A DNA stretch of 64,000 bases from Oligoflexia bacterium (GTDB lineage Bacteria > Bdellovibrionota > UBA1018). The translations under genes were made by a program, and so were the position numbers. The stretch covers positions 288,001 to 352,000 of the forward strand of contig CAVWVI010000004.1 in the NCBI GenBank assembly GCA_963758495.1, read 5' to 3'. Position 1 is the first letter of the stretch; each line of letters opens with the position of its first letter. Positions 18,856 to 31,428 of the stretch are shown here, in pieces. A model generated the notes under the pieces. The model was given only the letters and a program-made list of their open reading frames with translations. It was not told where the DNA came from and searched no databases.

Positions 18856-19785
18856 TTAAAATACCTTACTCAAATTAATCGCATTATAATTTACGAAATG
18901 AAATAAATCTTCTAATTCATCATTCGAGCTTTTATCCATTACAAATAATTTCTCTTCGAATTTTGAATATTTACTACAATCATTGTCCCATAACCACGTA
19001 AGAAAACCAGAAAGTTTTTCTGCTTCATACTGATCTTGAGCGTATTTTTTAAAATCTTCAATAATCAGATTAAATTCATTAAAGGATTTAATATCTTGTA
19101 TTTTTGAAAGAGGAAAGTCTCTCAATTTAGCTATACTTTCTATGTAGTTTTCAAATTTTGGTACAAATACAGGCGTATAACCATGAGATTCATACCACCC
19201 CTTTCCATTTTGCATGATTTTTAAAAACTTGAGATGAACGCTTTGATTATTTTTATGGCATTTCACTTTAGAAGCATCCACAAGACTCACACGAGAGAGC
19301 GATAAGCTCTTACTGATCGCGTCCACTAAGTCTAAAATAAAACTACCTTTACGTTCATCAGGAAGGGGACAGTGAATTCGACGATCAGTTTTAAGAGTAA
19401 GTAAATCACCAAATCCTTCAGAAAGATCAATCTTAAACAAAAGACACGATAACAGTACAATATCATAGGAACTGTCCCCACCTTGAGCGCCAGATAATAT
19501 GAGATCAACCGTATTGCCATCAAAAGTATAATGTAGCTGAGTAGAGATACCTTGAAATTTTATGTCGATCAACGGGTATTGGGGATCTTTTTGACCTTCA
19601 AAATCCTTTACTAAACTAGAAATAATTTGCTCTAACGTAAGGGCCGTCGGCGAACTACGTCCATAACTCTCTGAACTCGAATTTAAATCATCTGTATAAA
19701 AACGGAAGGAAGAATCTCCACCTGCAAAAACAGAAAAAGGAATCGCAATAAAAGCCGCAAATAGACATACTTTAATAAAATTCAT
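18856..19785 (-). CDS. secreted hypothetical protein, possible GNAT-like fold
   Basis: Signal peptide MNFIKVCLFAAFIAIPFSVFA; RKGSFIL...VSLVDAS...GWYESHGY. Confidence 0.6.
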   Translation of the reverse strand: MNFIKVCLFAAFIAIPFSVFAGGDSSFRFYTDDLNSSSESYGRSSPTALTLEQIISSLVKDFEGQKDPQYPLIDIKFQGISTQLHYTFDGNTVDLILSGAQGGDSSYDIVLLSCLLFKIDLSEGFGDLLTLKTDRRIHCPLPDERKGSFILDLVDAISKSLSLSRVSLVDASKVKCHKNNQSVHLKFLKIMQNGKGWYESHGYTPVFVPKFENYIESIAKLRDFPLSKIQDIKSFNEFNLIIEDFKKYAQDQYEAEKLSGFLTWLWDNDCSKYSKFEEKLFVMDKSSNDELEDLFHFVNYNAINLSKVF

Positions 19786-19802
19786 AAAAAGATCTCGATC
19801 CA

Positions 19803-20696
19803 TCACAAAAAAGTCAAACTCAGCCAAAGAGAAGCCCATGTGTTTTGCAATGTAGGAGCGGTCAATAAATAATTATTGATAAACACAGAAGCCCAGACAG
19901 TTTCAGAAACATTCATACTGATTCCATTTTGAGTATAGGGCATCCCTGGATCATCCCAAATAAAAGTGGTCCAAGGAGCATTTCTCATGTTTTGGAATGG
20001 CATCGTAACGTAATGTTGAGTTGAAAATTTTGAATTGATCTCATAACTCACCCAGGGCATGAACCACCCATAAGCCCGCATATTTCCTTGAGCATTGGGC
20101 GTGAGATAGCTCGTCGTATATTCTTGAATCATGCCTAAACTCCAATGAGATTGAGGAAAGGCGTAACTCGTATTTGTTCTTATGCCGACTTCAAAAGAAT
20201 TATGAGTTGAGTAGTAGTTATCTACGTCATATTGGACAAATAGATCATAGGTTGTGGATAATTGAGGTACATCGAAAACCTCAGTTCTCCGAATGGCAAA
20301 GCGAGGATGACGAGGAAGAAACTGTATTCCTTGAAAATCAATGTTTGAATTTAAAAATAGAAGCATCCTTTGCCAGTAGACAACTCGATAATGAGGGGCG
20401 ATTTCATAATCTGTCCAAAAAATATGAAAGATGCTGGTTGGAGAAAATGATCTTCCGTTGAACCTGGGAACAGAGCCAGACTCACCGTTTAAGGAAGGCG
20501 TCATGAATTCAGAAAAAGTCCTTACCCTGAGCTTTTTCTTGATGAGTTGCCAGGTGCTTTCGTTTTCAGATGTTTGAGTCAGGGAAATCGGATCTGCATA
20601 GACAGCAGGACTGTAGACATTCGCCAACGTAAAAAAAACCGAGGAAAGGCAAATCAAATGAAATTTTAATTTTTTGATTTGATCCAAGTCCCACAT
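19803..20696 (-). CDS. exported aromatic-rich hypothetical protein, possible outer-membrane beta-barrel
   Basis: Signal-like N-terminus (AVYA), alternating hydrophobic strands and C-terminal WLSLTFL. Confidence 0.6.
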   Translation of the reverse strand: MWDLDQIKKLKFHLICLSSVFFTLANVYSPAVYADPISLTQTSENESTWQLIKKKLRVRTFSEFMTPSLNGESGSVPRFNGRSFSPTSIFHIFWTDYEIAPHYRVVYWQRMLLFLNSNIDFQGIQFLPRHPRFAIRRTEVFDVPQLSTTYDLFVQYDVDNYYSTHNSFEVGIRTNTSYAFPQSHWSLGMIQEYTTSYLTPNAQGNMRAYGWFMPWVSYEINSKFSTQHYVTMPFQNMRNAPWTTFIWDDPGMPYTQNGISMNVSETVWASVFINNYLLTAPTLQNTWASLWLSLTFL

Positions 20697-20873
20697 GGCT
20701 CTACACCTGCCTCCCTAGGTAAAAGTAAATCGGAAAAAGAATGTTCCCGTATTTTACTGCAATCTATCTTTTACGCGGTTAGTCGCAGAAAATCAAGAAT
20801 ATTTGAGTGTTTTCGTTTTAATTTAAGAAATGATGATCTAAATAGCCATAAGTATATGATATAACTAATGAAA

Positions 20874-21398
20874 CTACTCTCCTGACGCAGGCCAAAGACC
20901 GACTGCAGGATGCTCACCTTTTTCAAGGGAATTTCTAAACGCATTAAACTTCAAGCTTTGATCAGATCGAATCTGATTGATATGAACTTCCTGCTCTTTC
21001 ATTCGTCGAACTCTTTCTTCCACTAGCAACTTATGAAAGGCATCCCTTCTTCGTATAAAGTCATGCATATAAGTTCGACGTTCAGTTCCTTTTGTGTGCT
21101 CTTCAAAAAACTTATGTCGTGCATCATTCTCTAACTGCCGCCACTCTTTTTGACGAATATCTTGAGATGCCTTGAGTTCGTCTAATTCAGACTTGTAACG
21201 ATGCTTCAGTGCCTGCACTTGAGTTTTTTGAGCCCGTACAAATTCCTTTAAGGAAATTGAAAACTCAGTTTGAGTCAAACTAGGGGTCGGTGATGCAGCA
21301 CATAACAGAAGCATTGCAAATGCAAAAAAATATTTTGAATACATTCGAATCCTAATTGAAACCGACCTCATCCTATGTTTTGACAAGCTACGCTCCAA
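20874..21398 (-). CDS. exported coiled-coil hypothetical protein
   Basis: Hydrophobic N-terminal segment followed by charged helices; overlaps the end of recJ. Confidence 0.65.
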   Translation of the reverse strand: MERSLSKHRMRSVSIRIRMYSKYFFAFAMLLLCAASPTPSLTQTEFSISLKEFVRAQKTQVQALKHRYKSELDELKASQDIRQKEWRQLENDARHKFFEEHTKGTERRTYMHDFIRRRDAFHKLLVEERVRRMKEQEVHINQIRSDQSLKFNAFRNSLEKGEHPAVGLWPASGE

Positions 21399-23181
21399 TC
21401 TTCCGCCAATCTCTCACTCTTAAGGTTGGGGTCATCTGCCCTCGAAAGCGATTCAGTTCTGGGACACCAGCCCATTCCCGCATTTCTTCAAAATTTTCGC
21501 TAGTCGAAATATCCTTTCTTTCAGCCCCATGAAACCAAATGGCTTCAATGGCTGACGAATTCAAGAAAGAAGATCTGGAAGACGTTAAATTGAGTTTTAA
21601 ATGCCGCCCTTTTAAAACGCGATGAGTTCTAACAGACGCCTGAATAGTAAAAACGGGCTCTGGATTGCCCGGACCAAATGGACCTAATCTTTCTAATTCT
21701 TGAAGACTCCTGATATTTAAGTCCTCTATGGTGCAGGCTCCTTCAATCATCAAAGATCCAGAATTTCCCTCAGCCTGTAGCTTTTCTACTGCATGATCAA
21801 AAGCATCTGCGAAATCGTCCATTTGATTTAATCCGACAGATAAACCTGCGGCATACTTATGCCCCCCAAAACCTAATAGATGAGAAGAACATTCTCGAAG
21901 GGCTGCTAAAACATCTTTTCCCCCAAAGGACCTCACACTCCCTTTCCCAAAATCTTCTCGTAATGCAATGACAGCAGCAGGCTTTCGAAAAGTCTCAGTC
22001 ACTCGAGATGCAACAATACCGACTACTCCTTCATGCCATTTGGAATCTGCTATGGCGATACCAAAGCGATATTTTCCTTCAGCAATCCCCTTCTCCACTC
22101 TGACACGCACCTCATCCCAAATTTGATTTTGAAGATTGGCTCTTTCCTGATTTAATCTTTCCAATTCTTGAGCCAACTCAGTCGCACGCTCTGAATCGGT
22201 GGTCGTTAGAAGCTCAAGGGCTAAACTAGCAGAATGCATTCTCCCTGAAGCATTGATTCGAGGGCCTAAAACAAACCCCAAATGAGAAGGACTCAAATCT
22301 TTAGATGCTATGCCAGCCACGTCCATCAGAGCTTTGACTCCTGGCTTTTTGGAATATTTAAGAACATCCATTCCGAATCTTACGAGAATATGATTATCTC
22401 CAGTCAATGGAACCATATCAGCTGCTGTCGCCATGACCACCAAATCTAAATGCTGCTTGAGATTGGGCTCTCTGCCATTTCCAAACCAACCCTCTTGTCG
22501 GCCTCGTATTCTTAAAGCAATTGCTAAATAAAATGCCAAACCACAGCCACAAAGCTGCTTGAGTCCACTTTCACAATCTTTACGTTGTGGATTGATGATA
22601 GCATGGGCTGTAGGTAAACCCTTCGCGGCATCAACTTGATGGTGATCAATAATGATTAACGAAAGACCTAATTCTCGAGCTCGATTTGCGGCATCAAAAC
22701 TAGTGATCCCGCAATCTACTGTAACTAAAACTTGGATGCCTTCTTGAACGGCATCCTCAACAGCACGGATATTTAGACCATACCCATCTTTAAATCGATC
22801 CGGTTGCCTAGCATCAAATAATAAAAAACCAAAATCTCTCAATATCCATGACAGAAGAGCTGCGCCTGTCGTTCCGTCGACATCATAATCCCCAAAGATT
22901 CGAATCCGTTCACCTTGAGCTTTGGCTTGAGAAAGTCTTTCAATTGCCAAATTCATGTCTCGAATCAAATAGGGATTACACAAATTTTCAAATCGAGGCG
23001 ATAAATACTCCTGAATAGTTTCAGGCGTATCAAACCCTCTCAAAATACAAACTCTTAATGTCAGAGGAGAAAGTCCTGTCTCCTTTTGAAGAGAGGCAGC
23101 TAATTCATTCAACTCTCTTTCGCTCTTATCCGACTGATTCCTCAACTTCCATTGCCGATCATCTGACGCCAAATCCATCAT
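21388..23181 (-). CDS. recJ: single-stranded-DNA exonuclease RecJ
   Basis: GDYDVDG, VDCGI, IDHH, PRINASGR, GSVRS, GGHKYAAG, GPFGPGNPEP. Confidence 0.96.
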   Translation of the reverse strand: MMDLASDDRQWKLRNQSDKSERELNELAASLQKETGLSPLTLRVCILRGFDTPETIQEYLSPRFENLCNPYLIRDMNLAIERLSQAKAQGERIRIFGDYDVDGTTGAALLSWILRDFGFLLFDARQPDRFKDGYGLNIRAVEDAVQEGIQVLVTVDCGITSFDAANRARELGLSLIIIDHHQVDAAKGLPTAHAIINPQRKDCESGLKQLCGCGLAFYLAIALRIRGRQEGWFGNGREPNLKQHLDLVVMATAADMVPLTGDNHILVRFGMDVLKYSKKPGVKALMDVAGIASKDLSPSHLGFVLGPRINASGRMHSASLALELLTTTDSERATELAQELERLNQERANLQNQIWDEVRVRVEKGIAEGKYRFGIAIADSKWHEGVVGIVASRVTETFRKPAAVIALREDFGKGSVRSFGGKDVLAALRECSSHLLGFGGHKYAAGLSVGLNQMDDFADAFDHAVEKLQAEGNSGSLMIEGACTIEDLNIRSLQELERLGPFGPGNPEPVFTIQASVRTHRVLKGRHLKLNLTSSRSSFLNSSAIEAIWFHGAERKDISTSENFEEMREWAGVPELNRFRGQMTPTLRVRDWRKIGA

Positions 23182-23200
23182 GTCGACCTTTCTAAAGAAG

Positions 23201-24184
23201 TTATGGGTACTTAGGTTCTGGTCTCACTAAAATCGCCCGTTTTTTCTGAAGAGTGGCTCCTTTTGTTTTCAACTTAAGGGCCCGTTTGTCATGATAATGA
23301 GTAATCACAATAACAAGTGAGCTTGCGATAAAAATAGAAGAATAAGTTCCCACTACAATTCCTACCATCAAGGTAAAAGCAAAATCCTCGATCACTTTTC
23401 CACCGAAAAGCCAAAGTGCAGAGACGGTAAAAAAAGTACAAAGAGAGGTTAAGATCGTTCGTCCTAAAGTCTCATTGACCGCCCGATTGACAACCTTTTC
23501 AATGGAAAGCTCAGGATGTTGAAGAAAAGTTTCACGAACCCGGTCATAAACAATAATGGTATCGTTATTAGAATACCCAATCAAAGCTAAGAGAGCGGCT
23601 AAAATCTGAAGATCAAACTCCTTTTGGGTGAGAATAAAAATACCGAGCGTGAGCATTGTATCATGAAACAGCGCCAGCACTGCACCTGGAGAATACCGAT
23701 AATCAAACCGTATCGTCACATAAATCAAAATACAGAGGAGAGCGTAGAACATAGACAAAAAGCCACTCATGCGAAGTGAGCTACCTGCCGCTGGACCCAC
23801 CACATCTACACTCTGAATTTCAAACTCTCCGGGCTTCAAAGATTTTCCCAAGATGTCGGAAACATTCTTGGCAACCAAATTCAAGGACTTCTCTTCTCCT
23901 TGCGCTTTGATTAAATACTGACTGGCTTCAGGAAGACCAATTTGCTGAACTTTCAGCCCCTTGACTCCCCCACTCTCCAATTCATCTCGGACTTTTCCAA
24001 TATCCCAGCTCGTAGGAACATGGATCTGAACTTCTGCGCCTCCTGTGAAATCAATCCCGTAATTGAGCCCTTTGGTAAAGAGCAACAAAAAGGTTCCGAG
24101 AATAGCGATAACAGAAACACCCATCCATATATTTCGCTTACCTACAAAATCAATTTGGGTTCCTGGCCGAATTAATTCCAACAT
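23201..24184 (-). CDS. secF: protein translocase subunit SecF
   Basis: GIDFTGG, VGP, GYSNNDTIIVYDRVRE, GTYSSIFIA. Confidence 0.96.
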   Translation of the reverse strand: MLELIRPGTQIDFVGKRNIWMGVSVIAILGTFLLLFTKGLNYGIDFTGGAEVQIHVPTSWDIGKVRDELESGGVKGLKVQQIGLPEASQYLIKAQGEEKSLNLVAKNVSDILGKSLKPGEFEIQSVDVVGPAAGSSLRMSGFLSMFYALLCILIYVTIRFDYRYSPGAVLALFHDTMLTLGIFILTQKEFDLQILAALLALIGYSNNDTIIVYDRVRETFLQHPELSIEKVVNRAVNETLGRTILTSLCTFFTVSALWLFGGKVIEDFAFTLMVGIVVGTYSSIFIASSLVIVITHYHDKRALKLKTKGATLQKKRAILVRPEPKYP

Positions 24185-24214
24185 GTCCTAATTCCTTTCA
24201 TCCCAAAAAGCCCA

Positions 24215-25939
24215 CTAAATACTTAAAGTCTTTTGACCCCGATTTTCTAAATACCTCAGATAAACATCAAAGGCCAATCGGCAGACAAACACTGCAGTAA
24301 ACAACGTAGTAATAATACCGATCAATAACGTCACGGCAAACCCTTTAATGGCTCCAGTTCCATACATAAGAAGTACAATCGCTGCAGCAGCATTAGTCAC
24401 GTTTGCATCTAGAATCGTTCGAAAGGCTTTTTGAAAGCCCGAGTTTACAGCTGCACCAGGCCCTTTACCATGTCTCAGCTCCTCACGAATTCGCTCATAA
24501 ATAACAACATTGGAATCGACAGCAATCCCAACCGTTAATGCTATCCCGGCAATACCAGGCAAAGTCAACGTCGCTTCCAAACCTACGAGCACAGCCAACA
24601 CAAAAAGAACATTCAATAAAAGAGAGAAGACCGCAATTAAACCACTGACTTGATAGTAGATCGCAACAAAGATAAAAACGACCAAACTTCCAATCAAGCT
24701 GGCTAAAGCTCCTTTATGAATGGAATCTTGCCCTAGCGAAGGACCCACCACTCTTTGCTCTAGAAAATCGAGCTGAGCTGGTAATGCGCCTGCGCGTAAG
24801 ACAATTGCAAGATCCTTAGCTTCTTTCATGAGCCCTTCGCTATCACCTCGACCCAAAGTAATCTGACCATGTCCACCACCAATTCGACTTTGTATCACAG
24901 GTGCCGAATGGACAATTCCATCCAGAACAATAGCAAGGCGATGACCGATATTATCAGCAGTTAACTTATCGAAAAGAGAAGCTCCACGAGGATTCAATGT
25001 GAAACTTACATTAGGACGACGATTTTCTGAATCAATTTGAACGGACGCATCTTGTAAATCATCCCCCGTTACTCCTACTTTTGAATGGAGTAAATAAGGT
25101 AATCGAGTCCCTTCAGATTGCTCATTCACCCCTTTAGATCGTTCAAATGCGATTTCATCGTCTTCAGGAATTTTTCCTTTAGCTTGCTCATTGATCTGAC
25201 GCACATATTCAGAAAACTTCTGACCTTCTTTATAAGTAATGTTGTGTTGCTTCTCGATATCAGCTACTAAAGCAGCCACCTGCCCCTGATTCATCGTCTT
25301 ATCGTCAACCATTTTAAATTCAAGTTTAGCAGTCCGACCAATCAGGTCTTTTGCCCGATCCACTTCCCGAACACCCGGAAGCTCAACAACAACACGATCA
25401 CTCCCCTGACTGGTAATAGAAGGCTCGGAAACACCGAATTCATCAATTCGATTACGAATGACTTCAATACTTTGATTGAGGGTTCGTTCTCGAACTTCAT
25501 TGCGATAGTCATGAGACAAGCCTAATTCAAACTGTCCAGCGTTCTCCCCTGCTAACCGAAGAGTCCAAAATTCCTTTTTCAAAATTTGGTAAAAGTCCTG
25601 TCGTTTGGCAGAATCAAATTCAACAACCATCCGAGGATCATCCGCAACAGCACCTTCACGAACGGCTTTCAAACTAGTAACATTGATGCCCTTCTCTTTC
25701 AGGCGATCTTTCATACTAGAAGACTGACGATCGATCACGTCTTTGTAGACTTTATTAAAATCCACACCTAAAACAAGATACAGTCCACCCTGTAAATCTA
25801 AGCCTAAATTGATTTTTTGTTTGAACGGAAATCTTGTTGTCTGGAGGTCTAAATTAGCAAGCGTCGGATAGACATAAACACCTGAAAGAGCAACAATGAA
25901 CCCTAGCAGAAAGCATTTTCCCCACCACGAACGTGACAT
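24215..25939 (-). CDS. secD: protein translocase subunit SecD
   Basis: LGLDLQGG, RIDEFGVSEP, LRAGALPA, VGPSLG, DSNVVIYERIREE, ILDAN. Confidence 0.97.
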   Translation of the reverse strand: MSRSWWGKCFLLGFIVALSGVYVYPTLANLDLQTTRFPFKQKINLGLDLQGGLYLVLGVDFNKVYKDVIDRQSSSMKDRLKEKGINVTSLKAVREGAVADDPRMVVEFDSAKRQDFYQILKKEFWTLRLAGENAGQFELGLSHDYRNEVRERTLNQSIEVIRNRIDEFGVSEPSITSQGSDRVVVELPGVREVDRAKDLIGRTAKLEFKMVDDKTMNQGQVAALVADIEKQHNITYKEGQKFSEYVRQINEQAKGKIPEDDEIAFERSKGVNEQSEGTRLPYLLHSKVGVTGDDLQDASVQIDSENRRPNVSFTLNPRGASLFDKLTADNIGHRLAIVLDGIVHSAPVIQSRIGGGHGQITLGRGDSEGLMKEAKDLAIVLRAGALPAQLDFLEQRVVGPSLGQDSIHKGALASLIGSLVVFIFVAIYYQVSGLIAVFSLLLNVLFVLAVLVGLEATLTLPGIAGIALTVGIAVDSNVVIYERIREELRHGKGPGAAVNSGFQKAFRTILDANVTNAAAAIVLLMYGTGAIKGFAVTLLIGIITTLFTAVFVCRLAFDVYLRYLENRGQKTLSI

Positions 25940-25968
25940 ATGAGAATCCCTCGATAGGTAAGAAGAAG

Positions 25969-28237
<2,269 letters not shown>

Positions 28238-28356
28238 AATGACGGGTATAGCACCTAAAAGTAGATATTTCTTACCAGATTCTTTTGAATTTTATTCTTC
28301 GTCTGCTATGGTCCCTGCCAAGTATTTTTAAAGACATTTTCAAGGGGGAAAATTCA

Positions 28357-30927
28357 ATGAAAATCGATAAGTTAGCAGCGTTAGGCCTGATCGCCATCCT
28401 TGTTTTTTCGAGATGTTCGCAGAAAGAATCTGTAAATTCTCAAAACCACTCTCAAACGTCCCATCAACCTTCCATTGTTCAATCTACAAAAATGAACGTT
28501 CTAGACTCGAATAGACCCTCCGTTACTCCCGGAGTCAATTCGAGTGAATCCATCCAAGTCGTTATCACAGCCAATAAAGATTCTCTTTTGAGTCAAGAGT
28601 TCCTCTATGGCGCAGATCTCCAGTATTCATCAATTTATGATCCACAAATGAATCTCTACAATCAAAGTATGGCCATTGGGCATATCCCCGCACGATTTCG
28701 AATCGTAGGTGATGAACTTCAGTTAGTTGCAGACAATAAGCGACTCTTTCCAAGCGACGTCAATCACCCTGAACAAATCGTGAGTCGTTATAAGATTCTC
28801 AGTCAAACTACCGACACACTCACTCTTTCCGGTGCAAACTCCACCTGGATGCTTTCTGAACTCCTCGCAGGCACCGTAGGAACTACCACGGGTGCATTAA
28901 CAGAACCCAAAGCGAAGCCTCCGCGTGACTCTTGGATTCGCTCTTTTGATTACGTGGAAAAAGGAAATTATTTTCTTCAACAAACCAGTCTCGTCCTAGA
29001 CGATGGAACTATTGCCGAATTCATGGAATCCGTTTTCCCTCGAAAAACCCTCACTTTGAGTCAAAATTTTGAGAAATTTGCTATGGATCCAGAGAGCTCT
29101 GTGGGTGCGACCTCTGGACCTATTGCAAGGTTTAGAATGCTACCAGGAGAAAAAAATTTCGAGGGCGAAACCGCCGTATCTTATGCACAGCATTTTGATA
29201 TTAGCCAAAACCCCGAAGGTACGCCTACAAGTACAATTGACTTCTATGTCACCCCCAATATTCCGGACGAAGATATTCTACCCGTTCAATTAGCGGTAGA
29301 AGGCTGGAATCGATATTTTACTCAATTTAAAGGAATTCAAAGGAAAATAGTGCAATTTAAAGGTCGACTACCTGAAGGAATCCATTTAGGTGATCCAAGG
29401 TTTAATGTCATTAATTGGGATAACCGACACACCGCAGGGGCTGCCTACGAAAGTCAAGCCAGTGATCCCGCAACAGGACGGCAAAGCCATTGCTTAATCT
29501 ATCTTCCTGCAGCTTGGTTACAAATAGGTGCTGATTACTGGACCTCTGGAAAATATAGCGATCCAAGTGCAGAAAGTGTGAGCCCCGTCGCCCTCGAAAA
29601 ACGAGGAGGAGTTTTTAAATCATCTCGTCTTTCTTGCTTCAGGGACATAAAAGATAGCTCAGAGGTTTTGACCTCGGGCAGATTGAATCCAGATGAAATT
29701 AAATCATTTGCAATGCAAACCCTGAAGAATACTCTTTTTCATGAAGTGGGGCATGCTTTGGGCTTAGCTCACAACTTCAAAGGCTCACTCACTTATGACC
29801 ATTCAAATCCCAACAGCCTCTTTTCCTCTTCGATTATGGATTATAATGACTATGAGATTGAGCGTCAGGCTTTCACTTCTGTAGATAGCTCGGAGGGGCC
29901 TCTTCTTGAATATGATCGACAAGCCCTAAGTACTCTTTACAATCACGGAAACGATATTCAGTCTAATGATCCTATCCTTCCGGCATGTAATGATGCAGAG
30001 GCTGATCAAGAAGAGGGGGGCGTTGACCCACTCTGTATTCGATATGACATCGGAAAGGATCCAACCCTTTCCATCGTCACTGCGACTCAAAGAATTAAAG
30101 AAAAAACTCTTGAAGGAGATATTTCATTAACTCAGGCTCTTGAACGAATCAGACCATTTACGTTAGACAATGGAACCTTAGAAAGAATAAAAACCAGGGA
30201 AGACCTTGAAACCCTCGTCCAAAAGCTTGCCAACTCGATTCAAGGTTCGCTCAAATTTTACATTCTCTCAGGAAAAACCTCATTGTCCAAAACGGTCACT
30301 ACGAATGTTAAAGCACTTCTCCAATTTGCTGAGGATATTCTTCCTGACGGGCCTGAAGGTTATAGCGAAAGGGAAATGCGTGAACGCGTGTTTTCTGGAA
30401 TAAATCTCGCCGTAAATTTAAATGAGCTTCCAACGACTGTCGTAGAAGCCATTGACACTGTCGCTCGTGAAGCCCTTCGCGATCTTAAGAAAACCCCCTA
30501 TGTAATCAATCTAAAAAAAGAAGATCGCCCTCTTCTCTTAGATATGATCACAGCAACACTTGCCTCTACAGTAGAGAAATTTCAAACGAATGAAGACCAC
30601 GGCCTTCCCTTATTGAGAGCGTCTGTTTTTAAATCTCTGAGACGGCATGAGAACACGCCCTTTTACTTAGGAGACTCGGACTATTTCCACCACACAGACT
30701 ATGAAACTGCGATTCTTACTCTCCTTAAAGAAGCTACAGTGGACACACAGAGAACTCAGATAGAGCGTGTCGCTGCTGCGGCTTCACTGGCAAGCTATCT
30801 CGGCCGCCTCAGCGCAGGTGACAAAATCATTAAAACCGCAAAGAAAGAAGTCAAAGATGAAAGAGAAGAAGCTAGAGATAATCATACACGAGAAATCGCA
30901 GCAGCGGTGTTATCAGCGCTAGGCTAA
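28357..30927 (+). CDS. exported zinc metalloprotease (metzincin, EcxA/DUF4953-like)
   Basis: HEVGHALGLAH, Met-turn SSIMDY, GDPRFNVINW; signal or lipoprotein N-terminus with RBS AGGGGG. Confidence 0.85.
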   Translation: MKIDKLAALGLIAILVFSRCSQKESVNSQNHSQTSHQPSIVQSTKMNVLDSNRPSVTPGVNSSESIQVVITANKDSLLSQEFLYGADLQYSSIYDPQMNLYNQSMAIGHIPARFRIVGDELQLVADNKRLFPSDVNHPEQIVSRYKILSQTTDTLTLSGANSTWMLSELLAGTVGTTTGALTEPKAKPPRDSWIRSFDYVEKGNYFLQQTSLVLDDGTIAEFMESVFPRKTLTLSQNFEKFAMDPESSVGATSGPIARFRMLPGEKNFEGETAVSYAQHFDISQNPEGTPTSTIDFYVTPNIPDEDILPVQLAVEGWNRYFTQFKGIQRKIVQFKGRLPEGIHLGDPRFNVINWDNRHTAGAAYESQASDPATGRQSHCLIYLPAAWLQIGADYWTSGKYSDPSAESVSPVALEKRGGVFKSSRLSCFRDIKDSSEVLTSGRLNPDEIKSFAMQTLKNTLFHEVGHALGLAHNFKGSLTYDHSNPNSLFSSSIMDYNDYEIERQAFTSVDSSEGPLLEYDRQALSTLYNHGNDIQSNDPILPACNDAEADQEEGGVDPLCIRYDIGKDPTLSIVTATQRIKEKTLEGDISLTQALERIRPFTLDNGTLERIKTREDLETLVQKLANSIQGSLKFYILSGKTSLSKTVTTNVKALLQFAEDILPDGPEGYSEREMRERVFSGINLAVNLNELPTTVVEAIDTVAREALRDLKKTPYVINLKKEDRPLLLDMITATLASTVEKFQTNEDHGLPLLRASVFKSLRRHENTPFYLGDSDYFHHTDYETAILTLLKEATVDTQRTQIERVAAAASLASYLGRLSAGDKIIKTAKKEVKDEREEARDNHTREIAAAVLSALG

Positions 30928-30980
30928 ACTTATTCTTGCAGCTTATTCTTTAGGTTTGATTCTTGCTAAATATTAAGCAA

Positions 30981-31406
30981 ATGAAAGGCTTCAAACAGTT
31001 CCTATTACGAGGCAACGTTATTGATTTAGCGATTGCTGTCGTAATAGGAGCCGCATTTGGTTCAGTAGTATCAGCGTTCGTAAAGGATCTGATGACCCCT
31101 TTGATTGCAGCAATTGGGGGAACGCCTAATTTTTCTTCTTTGTATTTCACTATCAATGGAAGCCGATTTGCCTATGGTGATTTTATCAATGTCATGCTTT
31201 CGTTTCTTGTTATTGCAGCTATCGTTTATTTCTTTGTAGTATTACCCGTAAATGCGTTAATCGCTCGCTCCAAGCGGGAGCCTCCTGCTGATCCTACCAC
31301 TCGGAAATGCCCCGAGTGTTTGAGTGAGGTCCCGATGCAAGCCAGAAGATGTTCACATTGCACTTCTCAATTGATTCCTATTTCAACGCTCAAAACTGGA
31401 ACTTGA
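30981..31406 (+). CDS. mscL: large-conductance mechanosensitive channel with C-terminal zinc ribbon
   Basis: FKQFLLRGNVIDLAIAVVIGAAF, YGDFIN; tail CPEC...CSHC. Confidence 0.93.
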   Translation: MKGFKQFLLRGNVIDLAIAVVIGAAFGSVVSAFVKDLMTPLIAAIGGTPNFSSLYFTINGSRFAYGDFINVMLSFLVIAAIVYFFVVLPVNALIARSKREPPADPTTRKCPECLSEVPMQARRCSHCTSQLIPISTLKTGT

Positions 31407-31428
31407 TTACCGTAGTGTAATTTCACCC

